Below, piece by piece: positions 29,595-38,090 of a stretch of 64,000 nucleotides of DNA. Source of the stretch: Polyangiaceae bacterium (lineage in GTDB: Bacteria; Myxococcota_A; Polyangia; Polyangiales; Polyangiaceae). The position numbers were made by a program, and so were the translations under genes. The notes beneath the pieces are model-generated. The model was not told where the DNA came from. It saw only the letters and a list, made by a program, of their open reading frames with translations, and made no database searches. Each line of letters opens with the position of its first letter. Positions within the stretch are counted from its first letter, which is position 1. The DNA lies in assembly GCA_036503835.1 (NCBI GenBank), contig DASXWF010000331.1:251-64250 (forward strand), given 5' to 3'.

Positions 29595-30224
29595 ATGGCT
29601 GACCGAGATCCACGCCGCGCGCATCCGGGACACGATCCCAGTATGCCGCCTCCGAAGCGCGTTCTCGGCGTGGACATCCGACCCAAGCCGGAGCCCGAGG
29701 AGTCCCCGGAGAGTCTCCGCGGTGGCCTCTCGCCTCGGACGCTTCTCGCTGCGGCCATGCACGCTGGTAAGCACTGGACGCCCCGCGGGGTCGCTGTGCT
29801 CCTGATTGCCGTCGGCGCCGTCGCTTACTTTGCCCTCGGGCGCGAGAAGGGCCTTCAGCGCATCGCCATCGCGGTCTCGACTTCGGGTCAGTCCTACAAG
29901 GAACTGAAGTCCGAGATCACAACGCTCCGCGCGGAACTGGCCAAGCATGCGCAGGAAGAGAAGCTCGGTCGCGAGGACATGGCCGGCAAGATCGCCCTAC
30001 TCCGCGAGCAATTCGAGTCACGGACCAAGCAGATCCAGTCACGCGCCGAGGAGCAACAGCGCCAGATCGGCATGACGTGCGACCTCGCGAGCGTAAACAA
30101 CAAGGGCAAGCCGCACCCGAGCTGGTGTTTCGGCGAAGACCTCGTGACGCAGTTTGGGCCGCCGCCGCTGGGCGCGCTGACTCCGCTCTTCACGACGCAA
30201 GCGCCATGGCAGCGCAAGAACTGA
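29595..30224 (+). CDS. TM plus coiled-coil protein (possible inner-membrane spanin-like)
   Basis: Single TM followed by long coiled coil and two Cys. Confidence 0.45.
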   Translation: MADRDPRRAHPGHDPSMPPPKRVLGVDIRPKPEPEESPESLRGGLSPRTLLAAAMHAGKHWTPRGVAVLLIAVGAVAYFALGREKGLQRIAIAVSTSGQSYKELKSEITTLRAELAKHAQEEKLGREDMAGKIALLREQFESRTKQIQSRAEEQQRQIGMTCDLASVNNKGKPHPSWCFGEDLVTQFGPPPLGALTPLFTTQAPWQRKN

Positions 30225-30296
30225 CCTAACCGCAGCGCCCCCTCGCGCCGCATCCCCAATCACACCCGCGGCTTGGCCGACGGGAGGAGCACATTC

Positions 30297-30674
30297 ATGG
30301 CCTACATCACAGATAGCGCACTCGACGCCGCAATTGCCTACCTCGTCACCAATGCCGAGGAACTCTGGATCATTTCCGGCGCCTCCGACCCGGCCGACTA
30401 TGCCGCCGCACTTGCCGCGAAGCTCGGAGAGAAGCTTGCTCCGACCTTGAGCGCTCCGCAGAACGGAGCAAGCAACGGCCGACGCACAGTGGTGAGCGCT
30501 ATCACCGACGGCGAAGTCACCGCAACCGGCACGGCCACCCGATGGGTACTCGTCAAGACGTCCGGCACGCCTGCGCTCTTGACGTGCCAGACGCTGTCGT
30601 CATCGCAAGGGGTGACCGACAACAACACGTTCACCCTCGGCGCCTTGTCCGTGACCATCCCCGACGCGGCGTAA
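30297..30674 (+). CDS. Small virion fibre subunit
   Basis: GGAGGAG RBS; TATGTATRW...SQGVTDNNTFTL pattern of small phage fibre beta-proteins. Confidence 0.65.
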   Translation: MAYITDSALDAAIAYLVTNAEELWIISGASDPADYAAALAAKLGEKLAPTLSAPQNGASNGRRTVVSAITDGEVTATGTATRWVLVKTSGTPALLTCQTLSSSQGVTDNNTFTLGALSVTIPDAA

Positions 30675-30688
30675 CGACTGACTGACCC

Positions 30689-33121
30689 ATGGCCGTCTCG
30701 CGCCTCAGTGATTTCGCGTCGACCTCGACGACTGCGAATGCGGAGCGTTTCGGCTCGTGGACGCTATCGGGCGGTGACCGGATCACGCTCGAAGCCGTCG
30801 ACCTGAGCGGCACGGGGACTGCGGCGAATATCCGCGCGTCCGTCGGCGGCGTGCCCATGCGCGTTGTCGCAAGCGCAACGCAGCAGACGACGCGCGGGGT
30901 GATTGCCTTCGAGCTGCTCGCGCATGAGCTTCCGCCAGCGGGCGCGCGCGTTGTCCGGGTCTACTGGCCCAGTGCGACGCGCATTCATGTGACCGGCGTC
31001 GAGTGGTCGGGCACTCGCCAGCGGCCAACGCCCAGCGGGGACGTATTCTTCGCCACGAGCGCCAGCGCTCAGAACGCGAACCTGACGGCCACGGCTCCGA
31101 CGAACGGGGCCGCGCTCCACATGATGTGCTGGTACGCCGGCACGTCGTCGTGGACGCTCGGCAGCGGTCAGACGAAGATCGGCTCGGACAACCAGCAGAC
31201 CACGTTCCTGTCGGTCGGCGGGTACGAGACGGGGCTCTCGTCTGGTTCGCAGGCTTCGGACTGCTCGGTCGCGGCTGCCGCAGCTGCCATCGGGCAGATC
31301 TGCATGGTCATCGCCGAGGACGGGCAGGGCGTGTCTGCCCTCGACCCAGCCGACGGGGCGACTGGCGTCAGCACAACGGCCGATCTGGAGCTGACCACCA
31401 CGGCCACAGCTGCGAGCGGCGGGTCCGGGTCGGCTCGCGTGTACGAGACTGCGTCGCCGAGCGCGAGCGCGGTCATTGATGCGCTCGAGGAAACCGGAAA
31501 CTCGACGAACGCGACATCGATCAGCGTCGGGATCTCCTCGCTCGGAAGTCTCACCGGCAAGCGTTTGGTGATCGCGATTGCCCACGACGGTGGCGCGAGC
31601 GTGCTCACGGACGACGGAAGCCCGAGCCCTTTCAACGGAGCAATCCGCGCGACGGGTATGCTCATCGTCTGGCGCGAGTGTGATGGGAGTGAGCCATCTT
31701 CGTACGGGTTCACGGCCAACCCCGGCGAAGGCCTGGCCGCTGTCGCGTTCGAAATATCCGGGCATGACCCAACGAAACCGCCCGTGTTCGCGGTCGCGGA
31801 AGGCAATAGCTCAGCCCCCAACCCGCCTTCAGTTGCTTTTCCGTGGGGCACAGAGCCCACACTTATGCAGACCGTTGTGCGAGCCGACGGTGGCGCGACG
31901 TTCTCCGCATTCCCGACGGATTACACGCATCAACAGGGCAGCGAGACAACGGCACACGGGACAGTCGGTGACCGCGCTTGCATTGGCTACGCGGCGCGCA
32001 CCGGTCTCACTGGCGGCAGTGATGACCCCGGCACGTACACGCTCAGCGCCGGCGAGCTTTGGACGGCAGTCTCCATCGCCCACGCTCCAGCCGACCCGAG
32101 CGTTCTCGTCGAGACGATTGCTGTCGGGTCCTGGAACTTCTCGGGCACGACGGTAACAATTCCAAGGTCGGAGACGCTTACTGGCTCCGCCGCGCACCAC
32201 GTCCAGCTCGATGCCAACGCCCTTCAGGACTACGAGGGCATCTATTCGCGTACGGCGTGGAACTTCACGACGGACGCGGGCGGGGCTGGCGAGGACGACC
32301 TCACGGGGAACGACCTTGCAGCAGGGTCTCCGTCGCTCACGTCTCCGGCCCTTGGGCAGATCCACGCCCTATCGGCCACCGATCTCGCGACTTCTGCCCC
32401 CAGCCTGACCGCGGGCACGCTTGGTCAGATCCATGTGCTCACGGGCACCGACGTTGCCACCTCGGCGCCGGGCCTCACTGCCGGCACCATTGGACAGACG
32501 CACGCGCTGGCGGGCCAGGACGTCGCGGCGGAGGCTCCGGCGCTCACCTCGGGGACCCTGGGGCAGACCCATGGGCTCACCGGATCGAACCTGACCAGCG
32601 GCGTCCCTTCGCTGACCTCGCCCACGGTCGGGCAGGTACATGGCCTGGCCGGAGGCGACCTGGCAGCGGCGGCGCCAACCGTCCAGCAAGTCACGCTCGG
32701 ACAGGTCCACCAACTCACCGGCAACGGGCTCGCCTCGGGTGCGCCAACGCTGTCGCCCGGGTCGCTCGTCGGGTCGGTCGAGCTCGAAGCAAACGACCTC
32801 GCTGCCGGCGCGCCAAGCCTCACGGCGGGGACTCTGGGTCAGAGCCATGTCCTGGCGGGTGCGGACCTCACCACGGGGCAGCCTGGGCTCACCGTTGGTA
32901 CATTCGGCCAGGTCCACGCCCTGACCGGGCTGAACCTTTCGGCGGGCACTCCGACCCTGACAGCCGGGACGCTGGACGAGCCGGATGCGCCCGATCCACC
33001 CACCCCCACCGGCCCCTGGACAGACACCCAAAGCCCGCCCGTGGCTTCCGGCGCATGGACGGACACCCAATCCCCGCCGGTCGCGAACGGGCCGTGGGCA
33101 CGAGAAGAGTTGGCCGCTTGA
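30689..33121 (+). CDS. Multidomain fibre protein: beta-sandwiches, split SbsA/Big_5-like Ig domain, ten 23-aa repeats
   Basis: DPADGATGVS...WNFTT Ig motif; GQxHxL repeats; WTDTQSPPVA x2. Confidence 0.75.
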   Translation: MAVSRLSDFASTSTTANAERFGSWTLSGGDRITLEAVDLSGTGTAANIRASVGGVPMRVVASATQQTTRGVIAFELLAHELPPAGARVVRVYWPSATRIHVTGVEWSGTRQRPTPSGDVFFATSASAQNANLTATAPTNGAALHMMCWYAGTSSWTLGSGQTKIGSDNQQTTFLSVGGYETGLSSGSQASDCSVAAAAAAIGQICMVIAEDGQGVSALDPADGATGVSTTADLELTTTATAASGGSGSARVYETASPSASAVIDALEETGNSTNATSISVGISSLGSLTGKRLVIAIAHDGGASVLTDDGSPSPFNGAIRATGMLIVWRECDGSEPSSYGFTANPGEGLAAVAFEISGHDPTKPPVFAVAEGNSSAPNPPSVAFPWGTEPTLMQTVVRADGGATFSAFPTDYTHQQGSETTAHGTVGDRACIGYAARTGLTGGSDDPGTYTLSAGELWTAVSIAHAPADPSVLVETIAVGSWNFSGTTVTIPRSETLTGSAAHHVQLDANALQDYEGIYSRTAWNFTTDAGGAGEDDLTGNDLAAGSPSLTSPALGQIHALSATDLATSAPSLTAGTLGQIHVLTGTDVATSAPGLTAGTIGQTHALAGQDVAAEAPALTSGTLGQTHGLTGSNLTSGVPSLTSPTVGQVHGLAGGDLAAAAPTVQQVTLGQVHQLTGNGLASGAPTLSPGSLVGSVELEANDLAAGAPSLTAGTLGQSHVLAGADLTTGQPGLTVGTFGQVHALTGLNLSAGTPTLTAGTLDEPDAPDPPTPTGPWTDTQSPPVASGAWTDTQSPPVANGPWAREELAA
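32294..32980 (+). repeat. About 10 x 69-bp degenerate coding tandem repeat
   Basis: HALSATDLATSAPSLTAGTLGQI-type unit repeated. Confidence 0.85.
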
Positions 33122-33128
33122 GGACGCC

Positions 33129-33518
33129 ATGACGCAAAACATCACCTTTCGCCGAGGCACCACGTTCAACAAGGGGCTCCCGCTCGACAGCGCCGCCAGC
33201 TACTACGCGAAGATCGCATTCACGGTGCGCAGTCGCATCCCCGATTCGGAGACAGTGCTCGACGACGAGGATGCCGACGTGGTCGCAACGGCGAGCACCG
33301 AGGATACCGACGAGGACGATGGCGACGTGGTCGCAACCGGAAGCAGCGTTCAGGTGATCTTCGCAGCAACGGTCACCAAGACCTGGCCGCGCGGTAGGCT
33401 CTACTACGAGCTGAAGGGCATCACGGCCGATGGGTTCGTTGGGCCACCCATCGAGACCGGCGAACTCATGGTGACGGCCGACTACGTGCGCTCGGTGCCT
33501 GAAACGCCGGCGCCCTGA
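33129..33518 (+). CDS. Ig-like fibre adaptor (BppU-N-like)
   Basis: ITFRRGTTF, AFTVRS, GRLYYELK, ETGELMV pattern. Confidence 0.55.
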   Translation: MTQNITFRRGTTFNKGLPLDSAASYYAKIAFTVRSRIPDSETVLDDEDADVVATASTEDTDEDDGDVVATGSSVQVIFAATVTKTWPRGRLYYELKGITADGFVGPPIETGELMVTADYVRSVPETPAP

Positions 33519-33540
33519 CCACCCTCCCGACGCCGGGAAC

Positions 33541-33581
33541 ACGCCCCTTGCTCTTCACCGGGCGAGGGGCGTTTTGCTTTT
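33541..33581 (+). terminator. Rho-independent terminator ending the late operon
   Basis: 13-bp stem acgccccttgctc/gggcgaggggcgt followed by T-rich tract, at the convergence of operons. Confidence 0.85.
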
Positions 33582-33586
33582 GTGGC

Positions 33587-33862
33587 CTACGGCTTCTTCT
33601 TCCGATCGTCCCAGGTCTCGATGAGCCTTTCGCTCACTGCGCGCCCTTGCTCGCGACTGGTGATCCGCATGGTCACGACGATTGGAACGTTCACCATCTT
33701 GACCATGCCATTCACGATGCCAAGGCGCCGCTCCATCGGCATGGGCGACAGCTCGACAGGGTCACCCGGTACCACCTTTGGCCCATAGATGCCGGCCAGC
33801 ATAATCGACTTGCGCAAACGGCGTTCGACTGCGTGGATGTGCGGCTCGTCGTCGTCTTGCAT
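33587..33862 (-). CDS. Hypothetical protein
   Basis: Last ORF of leftward operon. Confidence 0.4.
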   Translation of the reverse strand: MQDDDEPHIHAVERRLRKSIMLAGIYGPKVVPGDPVELSPMPMERRLGIVNGMVKMVNVPIVVTMRITSREQGRAVSERLIETWDDRKKKP

Positions 33863-33896
33863 CACGACGCAGTCTGCATCCAAGCCAGCTTGGCGT

Positions 33897-34274
33897 CTAC
33901 GGCTCCAGTGCCGGCAGCCGCCTCTTCCCATCCGGAGGCCTCTCCCGCCCCTTCCTGACGCGCAGCGACTCCCACCACTCCCTCGGCGTCCCATGCCAAT
34001 CGAGGAACGCCTGGGCGGCCGCACGCGCTGTCTCCGTCCGCTCCTCGGGCGTCGGCTCCCGGTACCACCAGAGCTCGATGATGGCGCGGCGCTTGGTCAG
34101 GTCGTCGTGGACCCATGCGCTCTGCAGAAGCTCGTGCGATCCCCGCACTGCCAGATTCACAGCTCCCGGGAAATCCCCGTAGTAGGCGCGGCTCCGCTTG
34201 TGCGGGTCGGGCTCGGCCAGGACGTCGCTGCCAAACTTGCCGGCGGGGCCCAGGACGTCGGGGGCGATGGGCAT
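33897..34274 (-). CDS. Hypothetical protein
   Basis: Globular-looking ORF in operon. Confidence 0.45.
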   Translation of the reverse strand: MPIAPDVLGPAGKFGSDVLAEPDPHKRSRAYYGDFPGAVNLAVRGSHELLQSAWVHDDLTKRRAIIELWWYREPTPEERTETARAAAQAFLDWHGTPREWWESLRVRKGRERPPDGKRRLPALEP

Positions 34275-34318
34275 GGGACGACCAGCCTGCCGCCAGCTGG
34301 TGGGCGGGGCAAGGCGGG

Positions 34319-34636
34319 CTAGGAAGTACCCTGACCGGCTCGTGAATTGGGCGGGCGCTTCCGCCGCCTCTTCCGCTTCGCCGCAAGCCTCGGGTCCAGC
34401 AAATCGCCCCACCTCGGGTCACGCACCATGCAATAGGTTCGGGCCTGGCTGCCACAGGGGCACGGTGGCGCCATCAGGCCGCGAATACCGTCGGCGGCCG
34501 CAAAGGGGATGGTGGTGCGCCTCTCGCGCCCACAGTGACGGCACGTCGCCGTGATGGGCTCCAGTTCGTGCTTCTTCGCCCAGGCCTCGGGGTCTTGGCC
34601 GTGGATGACGAGGAAGTCGTCGGAGGAAACGATCAT
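34319..34636 (-). CDS. Zn-ribbon protein
   Basis: CRHC and CPC; coupled to upstream gene. Confidence 0.55.
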   Translation of the reverse strand: MIVSSDDFLVIHGQDPEAWAKKHELEPITATCRHCGRERRTTIPFAAADGIRGLMAPPCPCGSQARTYCMVRDPRWGDLLDPRLAAKRKRRRKRPPNSRAGQGTS

Positions 34637-35211
34637 GGGCGAGCCTGTGCCTCCAGTGCCCGCAGTGCCGCTATGCACCTCTCGGCGTCGAACATCCCAA
34701 CGTGGCACTCGGGCTCGGACAGACCAAGCTGCTTGGCGAGCCACGCGTAGGTGTCACCCCTGCGCGCCTGACGGTTCCTCGGGTGCGCGCTCAGCCAGCG
34801 ACGATCGAGCAATTCGTGAACCTCGGAACGGAGGCGACGAAGCGCGGCATTGGCCAAAGTGCCGAGCGGCTCCTTCGTGTTCGGATGGCAGCCGACGCGA
34901 GCATCACACGGCCAGCAGACCCAGAACGGCTTCTCTGCAAGGTCGGGACGATGCGGGAATACGTCGATGCCGTAGGCCAGAGTAGCCACGCTCGCGCAGA
35001 ATGGGCAGACAGGTTCCCGAGTCGAGCCAGAGGTTGCTCGCTTCGCTGGGAATACGACCGGATCTGGGGCGGCAGGCTGAGCGAGAGACAGGCACACCTT
35101 GCAGGTCACGAGTGACCAATTGAAGCGTAGCCGTGCCCGCGCCTTCCTCGTTCGCACGCCGCACAGCGCGGCGCCGGTTGGGCCACAGAAGAAGTGCTTG
35201 GCGTTGCTCAT
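34633..35211 (-). CDS. DUF3268-like zinc-finger protein
   Basis: CPFC, WVCWPCDARVGCHP, PLGTLAN, CHVGMFD. Confidence 0.85.
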   Translation of the reverse strand: MSNAKHFFCGPTGAALCGVRTRKARARLRFNWSLVTCKVCLSLAQPAAPDPVVFPAKRATSGSTREPVCPFCASVATLAYGIDVFPHRPDLAEKPFWVCWPCDARVGCHPNTKEPLGTLANAALRRLRSEVHELLDRRWLSAHPRNRQARRGDTYAWLAKQLGLSEPECHVGMFDAERCIAALRALEAQARP

Positions 35212-35633
35212 GGCGAGCGGAGCGCCTCTGCCCATCGGGCGTACTTGGCAGCACGGGCGCCCGCGTGTGCCAGGACGGCCTTGGTGTAGTTGGCATCACG
35301 GTCAGCGCAGTCGAGGGCCACGCTCCGCCAATACTCCGCCCGCCTCTCACACTCCCGCGCCAACAGCCTCCGCCGCGAGCGGTACTGGGCGAGGTAGCCG
35401 GACACCAGGAGGAAGCGCTCGGCTTCATCCACCGCGTCGCGGACATCTAGCCACGTCTGCCCGTAGACCTCCTGGACATCGGGGAAGTCGAAAACGGCGA
35501 TGTAGCGCCAAAGGCCCTGACTGGTCCTGTAAACGCCCAGGGTCAGATGCCTACCGAGCCGCACGTTGGCCTGGTTGTCATCGTCCCACTTGAGCGCCAG
35601 CGGCCCAACGCGGAGGGGTTCGCGGTCAGTCAT
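35208..35633 (-). CDS. Hypothetical protein
   Basis: Coupled ORF. Confidence 0.55.
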   Translation of the reverse strand: MTDREPLRVGPLALKWDDDNQANVRLGRHLTLGVYRTSQGLWRYIAVFDFPDVQEVYGQTWLDVRDAVDEAERFLLVSGYLAQYRSRRRLLARECERRAEYWRSVALDCADRDANYTKAVLAHAGARAAKYARWAEALRSP

Positions 35634-36012
35634 GGGAACCACCCGGCGCCTTGCCATCTCCACCGCAGCGCTTGCACTGTCGATACTTCGTGCCTTCGTA
35701 GATGTTCCAGCCAGCCCACTCCTGCCCGTCTCCGTAGCAAGCGTGGCACTTGCCGGTCGTTTGCTCGTAGTCACGTTCCTCCTGGGCGACCTCGCCTTGT
35801 GTGACGACGACGCAGTACGTTTCGTCGCAGTCGCGCCAGGTCTTTTGACCCTTGCGCTTGCCGCTCTTCAGCAGCCTCGGGACGCCGCCCTCCATGAGGG
35901 CACCGTCGGTACCGACGACCTTCCAGGAGAAGAACTCGAAGCCATCAGGCAGCGTTCCCTGTTCAGCTAGTTTGCGCATGCCGACGCGCTCTCGATGCCC
36001 AACGTCCGTCAT
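35626..36012 (-). CDS. Protein with DnaJ-type CxxCxGxG zinc finger
   Basis: CHACYGDG and CKRCGGDG. Confidence 0.7.
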   Translation of the reverse strand: MTDVGHRERVGMRKLAEQGTLPDGFEFFSWKVVGTDGALMEGGVPRLLKSGKRKGQKTWRDCDETYCVVVTQGEVAQEERDYEQTTGKCHACYGDGQEWAGWNIYEGTKYRQCKRCGGDGKAPGGSHD

Positions 36013-36194
36013 CGCCTCTTCCCCTCCCGCCTCGCCACCTCGCCCGGCTCGCAGCCCTTGCACTTTCGCCAAGGCGCGAGCTTCGCCAGGCGGCCGCATC
36101 CGCTGCATCGGCGGACGAGGCAGAGATGCTCGGCCGACGGACGCAGGCCGACGGTTTCGGCTTGGCGGCGGGGTTGGGGGTGGGCGGGGGTCAT
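36009..36194 (-). CDS. Small Zn-finger protein
   Basis: CSGC/CKGC; coupled on both sides. Confidence 0.45.
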   Translation of the reverse strand: MTPAHPQPRRQAETVGLRPSAEHLCLVRRCSGCGRLAKLAPWRKCKGCEPGEVARREGKRR

Positions 36195-36532
36195 GGTTCG
36201 TCTGCCTCAGCAATTTGAATGTCGATGACGCGCAGCCTCTTGGCGCACTCCAACTCGACAGCACGACGCATGGCACGGAGCGCGCGCAGCCTCGTCGAGT
36301 AGAGGGGGATGGCTAGTTGCCTGGCAGAAATAGAGCCGATCTGGCCGTGGCGACTGGCCTCGCTCCACATGGCATCGATCGTCATCGAGTAGGTGTTGAA
36401 GATGTAGCCCGTTGTCCGCGTTAGGTTCTCGAATGTCGGCGCCGGGATGTCCGGTTCCGTGTCCGCGTCGGTGAACCTGAGCGCCAATCGGGTGCGCAGT
36501 TCTTCGACTTCTGCCTGTTCTTTCTTGTTCAC
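36191..36532 (-). CDS. Hypothetical protein
   Basis: Coupled ORF. Confidence 0.6.
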   Translation of the reverse strand: MNKKEQAEVEELRTRLALRFTDADTEPDIPAPTFENLTRTTGYIFNTYSMTIDAMWSEASRHGQIGSISARQLAIPLYSTRLRALRAMRRAVELECAKRLRVIDIQIAEADEP

Positions 36533-37827
36533 GCTGCCTCACTTTCTGCGGCGCTAATGTTGGCGCGGACCAGGGCCTCTGCATTGAAGGGCGAAACGCT
36601 GTTTCCGACGAGCATCACCTGCGCCGTTGTTCCCAGCGGCTTGCCGTTCTTCATGATGGGGTCGAGCACGTAGTCGGCCGGGAAGCCCTGGGCGCCCGCG
36701 AGTTCGCGAGGCGTGAGCCATCGCATGCCAATGTCGGCGATTTCGAGCGACACATCGAAGAGCCCGCCCTGGCGCTTGGTCGATCCGTATGCGCTGAGCA
36801 GCTGCCGCACTTCCGTGTGCCGATGCCCAAGGCCGCTCGCGACCACGAGCGCGTGGTGGTCCTTGCAGGTGACGGTGCCGAGGGGTGACCGAAGCGACTG
36901 GCCCGGTGAGCCGTTGCCTCCGAAGTGCTTGGCAATGAACGCCACGACGAGCGCATGTTTGATGCCGCCCGCGACGATGGTCCCCAGGGGCTTGCGGATA
37001 TCGAGGCACCTCGGATCCTGCCCCTGGCGCTCTCCGTAGCCGCGCTGAATGAGCGTCGCAGCCAACTCCGGACCAACCATGTACGGGTCACCCGCGAGAA
37101 CGAACTTCTCCATGCCCCGCGCGATCCGGCGCAGCGTGGCCGATGTCAGAGGCTTCTTGCGGTCGAAGACACTCGGAACCGGCAGGGTCCAATCGATGAC
37201 CTCGGCGGCGGCGCGGTAGGGAATGAGACCAGGACCATGAGTAGGAACTGGCCAGCGAATTGGCTCGCCATCGCGCCTGGCCACTACGAAAAGCCGCTTC
37301 CTCGACGTCGGGGCCCCGTAGTCACACGCCGACATTTCGCGCCACTCGACGACGTAGCCGGCGCGCTTCAGCTCCGAGACCCAGCGGCGGAACGTGGCGC
37401 CCCTGCGATCGGGGCAGCGGGTGCCATCCCGTAGCAGCGGCCCCCAGTCTTGGAACGCCTCGACGTTCTCTAGCATGATGATTCGCGGCTTTGCTTCGCG
37501 GGCCCAACGGTTCACGACCCAAGCCAGTGAACGCACCTTCATGGCGAGCGCGCGATCGAGCGGTTTGCCCTTAGCGCGCGAGAAGAACGTGCATGTTGGA
37601 GAGGCCCACAGGAAGTCGACGGGCTCGCCTCCGGTGACGTCAAGCGGAGCGTAACTCCAGACATCACCGCGCAGGTGCCGCGTCCCCGGGTGGTTCGCTT
37701 TGTGGACAGCGAGCGCGACCGCCGAGTGGTTGATAGCCACATCGACGGGCTCACCAAGGGCCGCCTCGATGCCGGTGCAGGTGCCGCCCGCTCCGGCGAA
37801 AAGCACGACTTTCAGGCCGCGGCTCAC
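36529..37827 (-). CDS. DNA (cytosine-5) methyltransferase
   Basis: LFAGAGG, WASPTC, LENV, RKRLF, GNSV. Confidence 0.93.
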   Translation of the reverse strand: MSRGLKVVLFAGAGGTCTGIEAALGEPVDVAINHSAVALAVHKANHPGTRHLRGDVWSYAPLDVTGGEPVDFLWASPTCTFFSRAKGKPLDRALAMKVRSLAWVVNRWAREAKPRIIMLENVEAFQDWGPLLRDGTRCPDRRGATFRRWVSELKRAGYVVEWREMSACDYGAPTSRKRLFVVARRDGEPIRWPVPTHGPGLIPYRAAAEVIDWTLPVPSVFDRKKPLTSATLRRIARGMEKFVLAGDPYMVGPELAATLIQRGYGERQGQDPRCLDIRKPLGTIVAGGIKHALVVAFIAKHFGGNGSPGQSLRSPLGTVTCKDHHALVVASGLGHRHTEVRQLLSAYGSTKRQGGLFDVSLEIADIGMRWLTPRELAGAQGFPADYVLDPIMKNGKPLGTTAQVMLVGNSVSPFNAEALVRANISAAESEAA

Positions 37828-38090
37828 TCCGTCCCCCTCAAAATCCTCCGCTCCGCAGTCGGCTCCGGCGGCAGGGGATAGGTCGTCAGCAGAACCATCG
37901 CGCCGTCGCCAATGGCACCGGCAAGCTCCCGCGCTTCGGCGTATCCGCCCTGTCCACTGAGTTCGCGCAGGTCACGCGAGACGACGCGCCACGGACCTTT
38001 CGGCATGGGCAGGCGCGAGAGGATGACCGACTTGTAGACGGCTTCCTGGCGCTGGCGGAGGGCGGGGTTTTTGGAGCGGTAGCGGGTCAT
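37824..38090 (-). CDS. Hypothetical protein between methyltransferases
   Basis: Coupled on both sides. Confidence 0.5.
   Translation of the reverse strand: MTRYRSKNPALRQRQEAVYKSVILSRLPMPKGPWRVVSRDLRELSGQGGYAEARELAGAIGDGAMVLLTTYPLPPEPTAERRILRGTE

Noticed and set aside
32294-32980. CRISPR array or DGR template repeats
   Set aside because: Degenerate in-frame coding repeats without spacers; no cas or reverse transcriptase gene in the window
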